Part shown: piece after piece, positions 61,935 through 64,000 of the stretch
How positions within the stretch are numbered: position 1 is the stretch's first letter
Layout of the letters: each line of letters opens with the position of its first letter
From: Octopus bimaculoides
Lineage: Eukaryota
Direction of reading: 5' to 3'
Assembly: GCF_001194135.2 (NCBI RefSeq)
Contig: NC_068998.1
Location: forward strand, 16,500,297-16,564,296
Length of the DNA stretch: 64,000 nt
Position numbers and translations under genes: made by a program
The notes under the pieces: generated by a model
Database searches by the model: none
What the model was told of the DNA's origin: nothing
What the model saw: only the letters and a program-made list of their open reading frames with translations

Positions 61935-64000
61935 TTAAACCAGCCAAATCCAGCTCAAATATACTACCTGTTTTATGTTCTAACCCGCCAGATCCAGCCT
62001 ATCACACCTACCCTTCAAGGCCGTCATAAAATATACAAACACATTATCAAAATTTCAAAGCTACAAAATAATGCATAATTAAATAAAGATAACTTGAATG
62101 AAAAAGTATTACATTTGACAGAATAATCTGGATGCTAACGGTTAAATATCACTCTCTCATTCAAGCACACACATAATACATATCTTTTATCTTTTACTCA
62201 TTTCAGTCACTAGACAACAGCCATGCTGGGGCAGCCTCAAAGAATTTTAGTTGAACGAACTAATCTCAGTGCTTATTTTTTTTTAAAGCCTGGTACTTAT
62301 TCTATCATTTTCTTTTGCTGAATTGCTAAATTACAGGGACATAAACACACCTACACCGGTTAAGCAGTGATGAGAGGACAAAGACAGACACATACACACA
62401 TATATATGATGGGCTTTTATTAGTTTCCATCTATCAAATCCACTCACAAGGCTTTGGTCAGCCCAAGGCTACAGTAGAAGACACTTGCCCAAGGTGCCAC
62501 ACAGTGGAACTAAACCCAAAACCATGTGGTTGAGAAGCAAACCCCTTACCACACTGCCATATTTGCACCTTTTTTCCTTTGTTTTGCTTGCTTAAGTCAT
62601 TGGACTACAGCCATGCCAGGGCACCACATTGAAGGGTTTAGTTGAAAAACCAACCCCAGTCATCATCATCATCGTTTAACGTCCGCTTTCCATGCTAGCA
62701 TGGGTTGGACGATTTGACTGAGGACTGGTGAACCAAATGGCTACACCAGGCTCCAATCTGATTTGGCAGAGTTTCTACAGCTGGATGGCCTTCCTAACGC
62801 CAAACTCTGAGAGTGTAGTGGGTGCTTTTATGTGCCACCGGCACGAAGGCCAGTCAGGCGGTACTGGCAATGGCCACGCTCAAAATGGTGTATTTTACGT
62901 GCCACCTGCACAGGAGCCAGTCCAGCGGCACTGGCAACGATCCCGCTCGAATGTCTTTACACGTGCCAGGAAGGCGATGCTGGGCACAGGTGCCATCACG
63001 GGTCTAGTACAGAAGTATCAGACTGAAAGCAATACCTCAATCCCAACTAGCCTTTTAGGAAAAAAAAAGTTTTGCTGAACTGCTAAGTTATTCAGGATGT
63101 AAAGAAACTAACACCTGTTGTCAAGTGGTAGAAGGGAAGGAAACAAACACAAAGATACATATGTGTATACCTGTGGCATGTAAAAAGCACTTAGTACACT
63201 CTGTAAAGTGGTTGGTACTAGGAAGGGCATCCAGCTGTAGAAATCTTTCCACAACAGACAATTTGGAGTCTGGACAGCTCCCTGGCTGGCCCACTCCTTT
63301 CAAACCAGACAACCTACGCCAGCATGGAAAATAAACATTAAACGATGATGATGATGATGATAATATATCTTTATGTATTCATTTATTCTTTTACTTGTTT
63401 CAGTCATTTGATTGCAGCCATGCTGGAGCACCACCTTAAAGGGTTTTTAGTTGAAGAAATCAATCCCGGGACTTATACTTAGTAAGCCTAATACTTATTC
63501 TATCAGTCTCTTTTGCCGAACTACTAAGTTACAGGGATGTAAACACACCAACATCAGTTGTCAAGCAATAGTGGGGGCACAAACACATAAATAAATAAAT
63601 AAATATATNNNNNNNNNNNNNNNNNNNATATATATATATATATATATATACATACATATATACACATACATACAACAGGCTTTTTTTCAGTTTCTGTCTA
63701 CCAAATCCACTCCCAAGGCTTTGGTCAGCCCAAAGCCATAGTAGAAGACACTTGCCCAAGGTGCCATGCAGAGAGACTGGCCTAAGGTGCCATGCAGTGG
63801 GGCTGAACCCAGGACCATGTGGTTGGGAAACAAGCTTCTTACAACACAGCCACCTGCAACTATACATATATGTCAGGTTTCAATGGGGTTCCACACAATT
63901 TCCCTCTACTATATTCACTCACAAGGCATTGGTCAGCCCAAGGTATTGCAGAAGACACTTGCCAAAAGTATTGCGTAATGGGACTGAACCCTGAATCCGA

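Overview
Eukaryotic, AT-rich, microsatellite- and SINE-dense genomic window with several N gaps. The repeat families look like those of Octopus (coleoid cephalopod); this is recognition from memory, not a database result. It holds a complete 9-exon cytosolic aspartate aminotransferase gene (GOT1, + strand, CDS 17991-41450, 404 aa), assembled by hand from GT-AG exons with consistent phases. Head-to-head on the minus strand are three short exons absent from the ORF track (9484-9437, 6851-6818, 289-149). They splice in frame into a signal peptide plus a Cys-rich EGF/EB-like module of a secreted protein that runs off the left edge. The GOT1 promoter sits in a CpG-retaining domain (~16.4-22.3 kb) bracketed by a ~730-bp inverted duplication. 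The locus carries inverted repeats at several scales: a telomere-repeat hairpin at the promoter, a young 109-bp-TIR transposon with an 8-bp TSD, and two ~50-bp near-perfect hairpins. The rest is SINEs, MITEs (piggyBac-, hAT-type) and relics of mariner, RTE, R4/Dong, Gypsy and Penelope elements, the last with a minimal hammerhead-like motif. Most ORF-track entries are microsatellite, repeat or N-gap artefacts.
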